A stretch of DNA of 64,000 bases from Dicyema japonicum (GCA_011109175.1 RDEW01000003.1:851071-915070), one strand, 5' to 3'; positions 1 through 12,779 are shown, numbered from the stretch's first letter. Translations and numbers: made by a program. The notes: generated by a model not told the origin, from the sequence alone.

Positions 1-3
1 TCT

Positions 4-187
4 GTCGCTTCTCGGCCTTTTGGCTAAGATCAAAGTGTAGTATCTGTTCTTTCCAGCTTTATATCTGGGACGCCCTTACACGGGGCAAGATATAATGCTT
101 ATTTTTGTATCTCGGTATGTGTTGCGAAGCTTGCTTCCGCCACACCGCGCGTCGTCCCAGTATTGCAGTACTTCTGGGTTCGGCGCA
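4..187 (+). ncRNA. U2: U2 spliceosomal snRNA, copy 1
   Basis: TCGCTTCTCGGCCTTTTGGCTAAGATCAAAGTGTAGTATCTGTTCTT matches the conserved U2 5' end and GUAGUA branch-pairing region; Sm site ATTTTTG; stem-loop IV loop ATTGCAGTA. Confidence 0.95.
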
Positions 188-1199
188 TGGCCCCTTTTGG
201 GGTTCTTTAAAATTTATGAATATTTAACTTAGTTACAACAATTTGATGTTCTCAGAAAGAGAACCAACAGACAGGCATGGCAGTGTTGGTTAGATACACA
301 CTAGATCTTCAAATGACTTTAGGTATACAGCATTAAGAATTCAAGGAAGATGCGAAAAACATATTGGTCGGTTTCAGGCATCACGTACATGACCAACGGC
401 CTGGTCAGTAGAGAATTGGGGAGGGAGTGTAGAATCCTTTTGAAAAGGGTATTATAGGCAATTAGTAACGAGAGATAAGGGGAGAGAAATGTCTATAGAG
501 CTGCTAATCCAAAGCTCGAAATTAAATATAAGCTCAGCTGTTGAACGGTAGATACGGTTAGTGTGTGAGAGTTCGTCGCAATGGGCGAAATAGGGGGAAG
601 AAAATATATAAGGCTCAATACGTTTAGGCTGCTTTTTAAGGGAAATAATAGTGTATGCACCTTAGGCATACACAAGCGGTCCGGAGTCTCATCGAGTAAT
701 TGCTGGTTTTCGCATATAGTGATTGGGGATCCAAGTAATAAGTTCTTCGTCAGGTGGAAATACTTTTGGGGAGTAAATTAGCGAAAGAAGACACAACTTG
801 TGAATATTTCTCTTCTAAAAGTTGCAATTGTAAATTTCGTATTTATTACAATATAATTCCAGACAAGCATCTGACAAGGACTGAACTAACACCTCCAAAT
901 CATAGAAGATGGCCACGGAGAACCGCGGTATCTAGATATCACATATTGAGGGACGAGCGGGAGAGTTTGGTGATCCTTTCGAATACAAAACAGAATAACA
1001 GAGGTTTAATGGGTCTCTTCGTTGCACTCGGGAAAAGGAAGGGATTAGGTAGTCCCGGAGTAGGGATGAAGGTAGATTATAGGACTGATTCAACATGTCG
1101 AAAATATTAGGGCATCTCTCCATACACGCCAACAGAATATAATATCTCCTCAGACTTTTGAAAGCGTTCTTATGTCCAGTTTGACGAAATTAATAAATT

Positions 1200-1425
1200 A
1201 ATTAACACAAAAATCCATCAAACGTGGTCCCAGTCGGCATTACCGACTTTGCGTTGCCTTTCACGATTGCAACAGAGATCATCTGGAAAAGCAACCGGGT
1301 CTCACGTGCGTCGTGGCTTTTTAGTGTAGCTAGGCGTCCAAGCTTCTTTATGAAACGAAGCAATTTCCCACTTATTCTTCCAGTCGTCTCAACAACAATT
1401 GGGTAGAATTCGAATCGGTCGCGTT
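1200..1425 (-). mobile_element. 3' fragment of CRE-like non-LTR retrotransposon
   Basis: High nucleotide similarity to 35240-35455, the 3' end of the long CRE copy. Confidence 0.8.
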
Positions 1426-1905
1426 TCTTCTCTTTTAAGGAAAAATTAGTTCTGATATATTAATTTTTTAAGAAAATATTTATTTAATCGGGAGCTGATC
1501 AGCCAGTCTCCTAAAGACAAACCCGACCGCGATCGTGCGTACTCCGCCTCCCCTCTATCGAAGGCTATCAAGTTGGTGGAGAAAGCCTAAAACGCGATTA
1601 TATTATTTTTATTTTATTTAAAAACCAAAAATCAAGACGCATTGAAATCATTTATATTAAGTTAAAAAATATAGCTTGGCGGTAATAATCTAGAAACTAA
1701 TCCAATTTATTTTCCCCTGTTTCTTCATCAACCCTTTCCTGGCTTTCAAATTAAGTTTTTGGAGAAAGTCCCAGCCTGCCTTCATGTCTAACTAATAACA
1801 ATGCTACCATACTTTACATCTCCAGGGACTTGAATAATAAAATTCAGAAAAATCTTTACATGGTCAAATAATAAATTATTATTTTATACAAATAAAAATA
1901 AAAAA

Positions 1906-2018
1906 GTACGACACTGTGAGTTCCCAGGCGGTCACCCAGCCAAGTACTAACACAGCCTATAACCGCTTAACTTCGTGGTCGGCTGAGAACGGGTGCTTAC
2001 GGCCAAGTATGATCGTAC
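1906..2018 (-). rRNA. 5S: 5S rRNA, type A
   Basis: Reverse complement reads GTACGATCATAC...GAAGTTAAGC...TTAGTACTTGG...GTGACCGCCTGGGAA...TCGTAC followed by an oligo-T Pol III terminator. Confidence 0.92.
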
Positions 2019-2070
2019 ATTTATTTTTGTAAAAATGCCTAAATATTATTCACACAATAGAGATAGTCTG

Positions 2071-4115
2071 AGTTCCTGGGCAGTCGGACTTTTAATGAGA
2101 AGTTTGGTATGTCCAAATCGATTGCAAATTTGAAGAGTTTGGCCAAGTTAAAGTCGCCAATATCTAAGCTCTCTATGAATATTGATCCTTGAATAATGCA
2201 TACAGCACAGAAATCTCTAATTTTAGAGTTCGTTCAACTGATTTTTGTGTCCAAATTATTAAAGTAAAATCCATGCCTTGTGTATTACAGAAGCCTACCA
2301 AAAAAGTCCCCTTTCAACTTATCAACAAAGAAACTCTCTCGGGGATTAACTCTTCAATATGGCAATATATCAAATATCAGATATCATTTATGCAGAGCAG
2401 TTAACATATGATGCTCTCTCTCAATCTACGAGAAAGAAGAGCCGTGAGTTAACGCATGCAAGGAAGACTTCATAAGTTGAATTAACAGCTCAAGCAAATC
2501 TCGGTGCTTGTCGAACAGAAGGGAAATAAGAGGTTCGATGACGATACGAGTGACACACTGTGCCAATATGGACATCGAAAGTCGAAGAAGGGTGAATTGG
2601 GAAGAATAGTTAGTTGCATTCAGGATGACATAAAGATCGTGGAGAAAAAACTCAGAGTAAAAACGAAATTCTACAGACAATTTTTGATGGAGTTAAAAAT
2701 AGAATTGACAACTTGCAGTGACAAAATTAAATTCTGGGAACCTGCTCAAGGCCATGAATGAGCATGCTTTATCTCTACAACTATTACATCAGATTAATTG
2801 ATATCCAACCAACTGAATTTGAACTCATTGACAAGGATATAGCCAAAATCCTTGTAAATCATAGGATTCACTTTAAACTAGGAAACAAAGAACGACTTTA
2901 TTTACCAAGAGATCAGCTTGGACGGGGTCTAGTCTCCATTACACACAAAGCATGCTGCTCCAATTCCTATGGGATGTTGAAAAGAAATCATGCTATTGTC
3001 TGAGGAAGGCAGGATTTCTACGGCCATCAAATCAAAGAAAACTTATATGGCCACAATCATAGAATTCCTCAACCGAAAATATAAAATTCATTAACCCGAT
3101 GTTCTCAAAATGGAGACATTGAAAGAACTACAGAAAAAATGTTTATTGGAACAAATATGTGCAAAACCATTGCATAAAATACTTTTCAACAGTAGTCTTG
3201 ATGATAACAATGTTGATATAACAGAATCTTCCCGTTGGCTTTTGCCTAGAAACAATTCACCCAAATCCGATGGAATGTTGTGTCTCACTCAAAATCTTAA
3301 ATTATTTTTTAATAGTATTGGCTCTAATTATGGTCACTGTAGCACTGCTAAAAAGTCGTGTTCATTTGGCTACAAGTGAGGTCGAATGTTGAACAGTGGA
3401 TATCTTCGCCGACACAACGAAGTAGTGAGATGTATTCATCTGCATCTATGGAATAAAACACTCGAAGAAGCTCAAACACACTCCGTGCAATCAGTAGTCG
3501 TCAATGACAATGTTGAAATTAGTGTGGACACCACAATAAATACCGAGACAAATATTGAGCATAACAAGGCTGATGTTCTCGATAAACTGAAGAACATGAT
3601 TTCACTTTTTGAGATTGGCATCACTTCCCAGCAAGCACTAAAGCGAGTCAAAATGGAAAAATAGCACAAATATGACTTGCTTGCAGGCGAATTGGAACTA
3701 ATGCATAATGTTAAGGTTAACATTGTGCCAATAGTCTTACCTAGGATGGAATTGTATCAAGGTTTTATAAACATCACCATGCTTCGCGTAATGTGGCGAG
3801 TATTATAAGAGCGTACATCCAATCTCAAGTGATCAAGAAGACCTTGGAAAGAATGCGAGTAGAACACAATATGGACTTACTTCTTTAAGAAGGATTGATG
3901 GACGATACCATTAGAGAAGGAATAACGAGCCAAATATGCGACCTTGGAGAGGAACAAAATGGACAAATTGGGACAACGAAGACTTTAGATGTTATTCAAA
4001 ATGAGTCTGGTCGGGTCGGGCTACAAGAGAAGAGAATGTGTTAGGGAGGATAACAATGAAGGAGCCCCTACATTTGTTAATTTATTCTGACGTTAATCTT
4101 AATTAATGTAAATTT
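2071..4115 (+). mobile_element. Degenerate 5'-truncated R4/Dong-like non-LTR retrotransposon (RT C-terminus + RLE), unit 1
   Basis: ORF fragments ERLYLPRDQLGRGL, KPLH, RRHNEVVRCIHLHL, EIGIT, K..KYDLLA.EL are typical of R4-clade RLE elements; many stops and frameshifts. Confidence 0.8.
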
Positions 4116-4133
4116 AATAATAAAATAAAAAAC

Positions 4134-4246
4134 GTACGAATCTGTGAGTTCCCAAGAGGTCACCCAGCAAGTACTAACACAGCCTATAGCCGCTTAACTT
4201 CCGTGGTCAGCTGAGAACGGGTGGTTACGGCCAAGTATGATCGTAC
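4134..4246 (-). rRNA. 5S: 5S rRNA, type B variant (possibly pseudogene)
   Basis: 5S-like; differs from type A by several substitutions and a 1-nt deletion; oligo-T terminator retained. Confidence 0.8.
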
Positions 4247-4302
4247 CTCAAATAGTTGTAAAAATGCCTAAATATTATTCACACAATAGAGATAGTCTGA
4301 GT

Positions 4303-6350
4303 TCCTAGGCAGTCGGACTTTAATGAGAAGTTTGTATGTCCAAATCGATTGCAAATTGAAGAGTTTGCCAAGTTAAAGTCGCCAAAATCTAAGCTCTCTA
4401 TGAATATTGATCCTTAAATAATGCATACAGCACAGAAATCTCTAATTTTAGAGTTTCGTTCAACTGATTTTTGTGTCCAAATTATTCAAGTAAAATCCAT
4501 GCCTTGTGTATTACAGAAGCCTACCAAAAAAGTTCCCTTTCAACTTCTCAACAAAGAAACTCTCTCGGGGATTAACTCTTCAATATGGCAATATATCAAA
4601 TATCAGATATCATTTATGCATAGCAGTTAACATATGATGCTCTCTTTCAATCTACGAAAAAGAAGAGCTGTGAGTTAACGCATGCAAGAAGACTTCTGAA
4701 GTTGAAATTAACAGCTCAAGCAAATCTCGGTGCTTGTCGAACAGAAGGGAAATAAAAGGTTCGATGACGATACAAGGGACACACTGTGCCAATATGGACA
4801 TCGAAAATCGAAGAAAGATGAATTGGGAAGAATAGTTAGTTGCATTCAGGATGACATATAGATCGTGGAGAAAAAAACTCAGAGTAAAAACGAAATTCTA
4901 AAGACAATTTTTGATGGAGTTAAAAAATAGAATTGACAACTTGCCAGTGACAAAATTAAATTCTGGGAACCTGCTCAAGGCCATGAATGAGCATGCTTTA
5001 TCTCTACAACTATTACATCAGATTAATTGACATCGAACCAACTGAATTAAACTCATTGACAAGGATATACGCAAGATTCTCGTAAATCACAGGATTCACT
5101 TTAAACCCGGAAACAAAGAACGACTTTATTTACCAAGAGATCAGCTCGGAAGGGTCTAGTATCCATTACACACAAAAGTGATCGCATGCTGCTCCAATTC
5201 CTATGGATGTTGATAAGAAATCATGCTATTGTCTGAGGAAGCAGGATTTCTACGGCCATCAAATCAAAGAAAACTCATATGGCCACAATCACAGAATTCC
5301 TCAACCGAAAAATATAAAATTTAAGAACTCGATATTCTCAAAATGGACACATTGAAAGAACTACAGAAAAATTGTTTACTGGAACAAATACGTGCAGAAC
5401 CATTGCATGGAATACTTTTCTACAGTAGTCTTGATGATAACAATGTCGATATAACAGAATCTTCCCGTGGCTTTTGCATGGAAACAATTCACCCAAATCC
5501 GAAGGAATGTTGTGCCTCACTCAAGATCGTAAATTATTCTTTGATAGTATTGGCTCTAATTTTGATCACTGTAGCACTGCTAAAAAAGTCGTGTTCATTT
5601 GGCTACAAGGTGAGGTCGAATGCTGAACAGTGATATCTTCGCCGACACAACGAAGTAGTGAGATGTATTCATCTGCATCTATGGGATAAAACACTCGAAG
5701 AAGCTCAAACACACTCCGTGCAATCAATAGTCGACAATGACAATGTTGAAATTCGTGTGGACACCACGATTAATACCGAGACAAATATTGAGCATAACAA
5801 GGCTGATGTTCTCGATAAACTGTATAACATGATTACATTTATTGGGATTAGCATCACTTTCCAGCAGGCACTAAAGCAAGTCCAAGTGGAAAAATTGCAC
5901 AAATATGACCTGCTTGCAGACGAATTGGGACTAATACATAATGCTAAGGTTAATATTGTGTTAATAGTGTATACTTGGGATAGAATTGTATCAAGGTTTT
6001 ATAAACATCTCCATGCTTCCCTTAATGTGGAGAGTCCTATAAGAGCGTACATCCAATCTCTAGTGATCAAGAAGACCTTGGAGAGCACGCGAGTAGAAAC
6101 AAATATAGACATATTCTTGCATATGGATTGATGGACGTTACCATTAGACAAGGACTAACGAGCCAAATATGCCACCTTGGAGAGGAACAAAATGGACAAA
6201 TTGGGACAACGAAAACTTTAGATGTTATTCAGGATGAGTCTGTCGGGTTGGGCCATAAGAGAAGGGGAATGTGCTAGGAAGGATAACATAGAAGTAGCCC
6301 CTACATTAGTTAATTTATTTCTGACGTTAATCTTAAATTAATGTAAATTT
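4303..6350 (+). mobile_element. Degenerate R4/Dong-like retrotransposon, unit 2 (tandem copy of unit 1)
   Basis: Colinear with 2071-4115; ORF 5658-6131 carries RLE motifs (KLHKYDLLADELG, AYIQSLVIKKT). Confidence 0.8.
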
Positions 6351-6368
6351 AATAATAAAATAAAAAAC

Positions 6369-6481
6369 GTACGAATCTGTGAGTTCCCAAGAGGTCACCC
6401 AGCAAGTACTAACACAGCCTATAGCCGCTTAACTTCCGTGGTCAGCTGAGAACGGGTGGTTACGGCCAAGTATGATCGTAC
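6369..6481 (-). rRNA. 5S: 5S rRNA, type B variant
   Basis: Identical by eye to 4134-4246. Confidence 0.8.
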
Positions 6482-6997
6482 CTCAAATAGTTGTAAAAAT
6501 GCCTAAATATTATTCACACAAATTACTCTCGCGAGTTTTACATTATCAAAGTTTCTGCCGATAAATCCTGATATCTTTTTAACACATGTAATTTCCCTAC
6601 ACGATGTGAATAGTTCCCAGCCTTTTCCCTTCCAATTCGTTTTTTTATTTTTTAGATATAGGCTATTCGAATTGCTCCCCTTACACTTTGGATCTCACTA
6701 TTGAATACTCATCCCACACTAATATGTGTATGTTAAATTCATAAAGTAAATTAATTCAGAATTTTCGACTTATTAATGATTGTTTTGAGCAAGAGGTGAA
6801 ATTTTAAAACATCAAAAAAGTCCTTGGATCACCCGATAACCACGTTCAATCTCCTCAATAATCTATTCACATTGTTCATTTTTATGTAAACTTTACCACC
6901 TCAAAAAATTAGCTTGATCCGGTAAGTATCGTGGCTGATGATACAACTACAAAATCATTTTATTTTGTTTTAACTAGTTTCAACGACTATTTTAATC

Positions 6998-7100
6998 TAT
7001 GTTATGTTATGTTGTCCAATTTAGTCGTGTCCAACCCTTGGAGATCTCATGAACGAGTTTCCTCCACTCTCCCCGATCCTTTGCAATCTGGAGTAGCCTT
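6998..7100 (-). mobile_element. BovB/RTE-like 3' end fragment with (ACATA)n tail
   Basis: Reverse complement ...GGATCGGGGAGAGTGGAG...TCATGAGATCTCCAAGGGTTGGACACGACTAAATTGGACAACATAACATAACATA resembles the BovB 3' end (GGACACGACT + short tandem tail). Confidence 0.55.
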
Positions 7101-8227
7101 GATATAATAGCCACCGAAAAAAAAATTATTTTGAAAAGTAAGCGATTGTTACGATCTTTACCATCATCATTATTTAGAATTATAATTCAGTTATATTATT
7201 TTTCACTATCGAAAAACTTTTGACCACGTAGGCTTTTAGTGTTTTGTTGACACCTTTGTTATGAATTAAAGGTCTTAAGAATATTGAAATTAATCATTTT
7301 ACATTGTTTGTTTAACAAGGAAAGTGACTAAATTGCAGATTAAAAAAATTAAGTTCATATTTTAGACACGTGGGCTGTCCCCCATTGTGCCCAGTCTGAT
7401 ATCTTTAATAAAAGGTTAGATAAGATTAAAGTTGGAATTTTTTGAATTTAGAATTGAAAGCCACTCCACATCAAAAGGTTTAAATTCGTTAAACTCATCA
7501 AAGAATTTCCACAACGAAAAAATCTTATTATCTTGTCTCTGGGAGACCTAAGGACCGGTCAGGTATGTGAGTCATAAAAGACCAATATATGTGCAGGTGT
7601 GAATCCAAAAAAAGTTGGGAAAAAGAGGTTAAATTAAAAAGAATTGATTCCATTACAGCACTCCATAAAAGTGCTTGTTTTAGGCCTAAAAACGCGAATA
7701 TATTAATTTTATGTAGATAATAAAAGCTACTTTTTCTATTAATTTAATAAGCGTATTTTTTTTCTGATTTTAATATTTCTAATTGGAAATGAAACCCGAT
7801 TTATTTAGAGACCACACATGAGACTAGAACATGTGATAAATAGCACGTGGATAATTTTATTGATGTTGAAAATTATGATTTATTAGTCCGGACAGCTGTA
7901 TAAAATGTAGTAATTAAATAAAATATTTAAAAGGTATTCATTTAGTTTTTAGTCCAACTTGTCTTAGACGGATTGAAATCATTTATATTAAGTTAAAAAA
8001 TATAGCTTGGCTCTAATAATCTAGAAACTAATCCAATTTATTTTCCCTGTTTCTCTATCAATCCTTTCCTGGCTTTTAAATTAAGCCTTTGGAGAAAGTC
8101 CGAGCCTGCCTTCATGTCTAACTAATAACAATGCTAGCATACTTGCATATCCGGGGACTTGAATAATAAAATTCCGAAAAATCTTCGCATGGTCTAATAA
8201 TAAATTATTATTAATAAAAATAAAAAA

Positions 8228-8341
8228 GTACGACACTGTGAGTTCCCAGGCGGTCACCCAGCCAAGTACTAACACAGCCTATAACCGCTTAACTTCCGTG
8301 GTCGGCTGAGAACGGGTGCTTACGGCCAAGTATGATCGTAC
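8228..8341 (-). rRNA. 5S: 5S rRNA, type A
   Basis: Complete 5S with internal control region and oligo-T terminator; flanks homologous to those of the other copies. Confidence 0.93.
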
Positions 8342-10879
8342 AGTTAATTTTTATAAAAATGCCTAAATATAATTCACATCTTTTAATCGAGATAGTCTCA
8401 GCCAGTTTTGCATTTTAAACAGTTTTTACCAATAAATGCATATATATTTTTAACTTATTTTCTTTTCCTTATCGACGTGAATAATACCCCGCCTTTTTTT
8501 CTTCAATATGTTTCATTATTTGTTAGTTATAATGTGTTCGAATTCATCCCCTTACACTTTGATCTCACTATTGAAGTACTCATCCCACAATAATATATAT
8601 GTTTTACATTCATAAACTGAATTAATTCCGCATATTAAACTTATTAAAGATTATTTTTAGTAAAAAAATGAAATTTTAACACATCAACAAGTTCTTGCAA
8701 CACCCGATAGCCATGTCCAATCTCTTCAATAATATATTCACACTATTCATTTTAATGTAATTTTTACCAGCGAAAAAAAATATCTTGATCAGTTAAGTAT
8801 TGTGAGAGATACAACTAAGCTTCATAATCATTTAGTTTCTTTAAACTCGTCTTGACGACTATGTTAATCTAATTAATCTAAATTTTGAGCGTCCTGGAAC
8901 TGTATAAAGATTACTTAAAAGCTTTGTTTAATTAATTACATTAATTGACATTATCTTCAACACCAATAAGTTTATTTAACAACTCAAAGTACCTAGATTT
9001 GATATTTATTGACTACTAGAGGTCCACCCAAATTCGTTTGCCTAATTTACCTCGAAAAATAAGCGATTATAACGAATTTACCATCATCATTATTTAGAAT
9101 TTTAAAGAAATTCAGTTATATTTTCTTTGTAAAAATCTTTTTTGTTAATGAAAACCCCGAGTCGCTCTAAGATTTTTTTCTTTAAGATTTTTTTTCTGGA
9201 TGGAGGACATTTTTCAACTGACTTTATTTAAAATGTTGGAAACAAACTAACAACTTGAAATATGATAACCGATTACTTTCTAATTTATTAATCGTTTTGT
9301 TGAGATAAGATAATATAGAAAACCCTCGTTTTAGGAGCACCTTTGTTTTTTGTGGCATTTGGTATCCAAATGAAAGGTTGGGCTGTATTTTGAAAAATTA
9401 AATCTCATTATGATTATTGAATCTACATATTCAGCGAATAGTATAGAAATTAGGCGAAATTAGAAAATTTGTTTTTTTCTAGAACACAAATGGTCTCCTA
9501 GCCTTTTATAGAGAGCGGTTTCAGATACCGAGCCGCCGGTTTAGCTCTCCCCCTTGTGGGTCATTTAGTAAGATTTAACATTCTTTAACTCAGTGCTCTT
9601 GCAGCAATAATAATTTTCTAATAAGAGCTGAGAAGAGACTGAAAGAAAATTTTCATTAAGGCAAGATATTTTTAAAATCACAAGCAGCCATTTTGTTCCG
9701 CTTATAATCCGCATAAGTCTTTTTTACAATTCGACAAAATTAGTTATACATACTTGAATTATGTACTCCCTATTTCCCTGTTCTAATCGAATTGATATTA
9801 AATTTAAATTGTTAACCCAAGCTTTATGACATGTAGGTAGTTGGCAAGCGGTGGAAATTGAGCCCCCAACTTCTACATTTACGTCGAACTCTAGTGGTCA
9901 ATTGTGAGTAAAGAGATCTCGAACTTCTCTTTCATCATGACATTGCCTATTTACACATCGGAATCTTGCTAGTCCCAATCTAACGGCTTTCGGGAGTAGT
10001 GATTTGAGACACTATCCTTTAGAGTTTACTGTCTTCAAAAGTCTGCATGAGAAAATGTACGCGGAATCGTGTATTTTTCCGATCTAGGTTCGATTTTGTG
10101 ACAGATGTGAGATTCTCTGTATTGTTCTTTGAAGGTCTGTAAAGATCCTACTGAGGTACCTCTGGTTAGTGGATTTGAGTAGTGGAAAGTTACTACGAAA
10201 ACACATGCCAGACAAACGGACACACAAATTTACTATTTTATAAAGATCCCTTCAAATGCGAAATCCAATTTAAACTATCGCTTCATTTTGAAGATTTAGT
10301 GTAACATCATTTTGAATTCTTTAGGTCCTCTTGGATTATAGCGGATAGTGTGTATCTTGGCGTCCTCAATACCCTCGAATATACTCGAAGTATAATTTCA
10401 TTACATTGTTGGCAGGTACTGTCTGATTCATTTAAGGACAAGTCCAAGCAATCCCAACCCCTTCCGTCCTTATAGTATTTTCTAGGAGTTGGGATTTGAA
10501 CACCGAATATAGATTGAAGGGATTGAGAGTAAATAAATCCAAACAAGGGATTCTATTTATCTGACGTTTACTAGATTCAAACTTCTTTTTGGACATTAGT
10601 GCAGTTAGAGATACCTGTCATCAATTTTACCGTTCAATTAACTACTTAAAAGTGTGACCAAGTAAAAAATATCATATTAAGGTTAAGATTGTTAATTTTT
10701 TATTAGAAAACAATTTATTACGTAACAAGACAATCAAAATAATCCACCTGATAGAATGAAATGGCTGTTTCCCCTGACAACTGCCAGAGAAATCGTTTGG
10801 AACAACCATTCAGATTCCCGACGCTCATTATTAACTTTCGAAATTATTAACCCAAGCGATCTTAGAAAAGAGACTATTA

Positions 10880-11175
10880 ATCAGTTAGTTTAGTTAGTTA
10901 AAAGCTCCTTCGCGTAGCCCTAAAAGGGTTTCGCTTGAGCCATGCTTTACAGCCATCCTCGCCCACGCCATCTTGTTTCTGGCCCTCATTCGAACATCCA
11001 GGTCGTCTGCTGTCACTAATTTAAGACCGATTGTTTCGTAATCATTTTTTAAAGCAAATTGGAAGTGTATTTCATGGCCTGTCTCAAAATCCGTGACTTC
11101 TGGCGCAGTAGAAATATTCTTCCAGTCGGGTCCAGTCTAAGAATATGTCCAAATAGTTGCCATCTCGATGAAATA
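10880..11175 (-). mobile_element. RTE-like LINE 3' remnant with (CTAA)n-type tail
   Basis: Translates to RWQLFGHILRLDP...GLKLVTADDLDV, similar to the C-terminus of ORF 49454-49939. Confidence 0.65.
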
Positions 11176-11199
11176 ACGTCCATCCTCATTGGTGTAGTT

Positions 11200-12620
11200 A
11201 GTTAGTTAAGTAACCTCAGCCTCACTAACTTGCAGGAGGCCAGCAGCTATTAAGTAGTACGCAGCAGATGTTGGTCGCTCCCATAGATCGGTCAGTTCCG
11301 GCATTGTGGAGAAATGTTGTGCCAATTCATGACATTGAAATAGGTGATTTGTTGTCAGCACGTGGAGGTTGCAAAAGGGACAGAGTATATCATATGTTGA
11401 TAGATATGGGTGGTGCCCACATTGTAGACGAGCCAGATTTACTCGGACGTCCCTTGGAAGAGAGGATTCTGATTGGTCTATTGGAGAAGGAGGTCGCTGT
11501 AGTATTTTATTGTCTCCGAGTCTTCGGATGCTTCTCGTAGAAACAAAATCGTGTATCTGTTTCAGACGACTCTGTCATTGGGGATGGAAGGGATGGATGA
11601 TAACATTCGAGACAGGTCACTGGTTGTCATAATAATTTTCCTTTTGTTTTGCGGTTTGCATAGAGAGTGGCAGGAATGTTCTAGGCTGTAGGCTTGGAAG
11701 AGGAACCTCAGGGCTCTCATTTCCAGATGGTCTCCAATTGGAAGGATCTTTGACTCGCAATGTAGATGATCAACAGGAGTTGATCTGAGACATCCAGTAA
11801 TTATCCTGAGCGCGATGTTTTTACTTTTTGTAGTTTGTCAATAGAAGTATGAGAGGCAGAGGTTACCAGCAAGGACTTGCAAAGTAATAGTTGTTCGAAT
11901 GAACTGTTTACATATGATAGTAAGGGCTTCTTTGCTTTGGCCGAAGGAAAGGCCTGACAAAGCTTTAAGTATGTTGTTCTTGCGAGAGGTTTTTGTACAT
12001 AGTTCTTCCACATGTTATGAGAAAGTTAGTATTTGGTCATAAATAACTCCAAATATTTTAAGATGTTTTGTAACGGCGAGTGAATGTGCATGAATTGTTA
12101 AAATTGGTTGAAAATTTAGTTGGCGGCGGTTGGACGTGAATACAGCGACGGTAGATTTTGATGGAGAGGGGATGGGTGGTTTGCTCCAAGCCACTCTTCA
12201 AGAGTGTTCAAGTGGTTCTGAACATCCTCCGTTGCTTCGTTAACGTCTATGTCTTTAGAGGCAATAATCAGGTCATCCGCATACAACGAGAGAAGTGTCT
12301 TGGAATTATTGAATGTCGTTTAGGTGTAAGTTGAATAAGGTGGGTGACAAAACGGAGCCTTGGGGAACTCCCTTTGGAAGGAGTCTGTAGTGAGATGGAC
12401 ATGACATAATTTCAATTTCATAGTGCAGGAATTCTGCAGGTGTTGATGGATACTGAAATTATGTGTGTTATTGCTTTGAGTCCTTGCATTCTTAGGTGCT
12501 TTAAATCCATCAAGCCCTTTGGCAAGAGAGTTTTTAGCGTTTTTGATGAGTTTTTCGACATCAGACGGACTGATTTCAATCGGTTTTCCTTGAGGAGTTT
12601 GAACGTTTTTCAATTTGCAT
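11200..12620 (-). mobile_element. Degenerate I/jockey-group LINE (RT C-terminus + CCHC zinc knuckle)
   Basis: LLSLYADDLII near 12290; ITGCLRSTPVDHLH; LARLQCGHHP...CPFC...HLFQC. Confidence 0.7.
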
Positions 12621-12779
12621 GGACGGCATTGTTTAAATTACATAAATTATTAAATTTAATAATTGTTTGGTTATTTAATTCAATATTGTTTGGTTATTTA
12701 ATTCAATTTTATTAATATTAAAAATCAATCATTCCTTTCTCTAATTATTTTAATTATTCTTTCTATTATTGTTAAGCTC

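Noticed and set aside
240-1130. ORFs downstream of U2 copy 1 (also 51290-52100)
   Set aside because: No convincing protein motifs; probably decayed LINE sequence but not supportable
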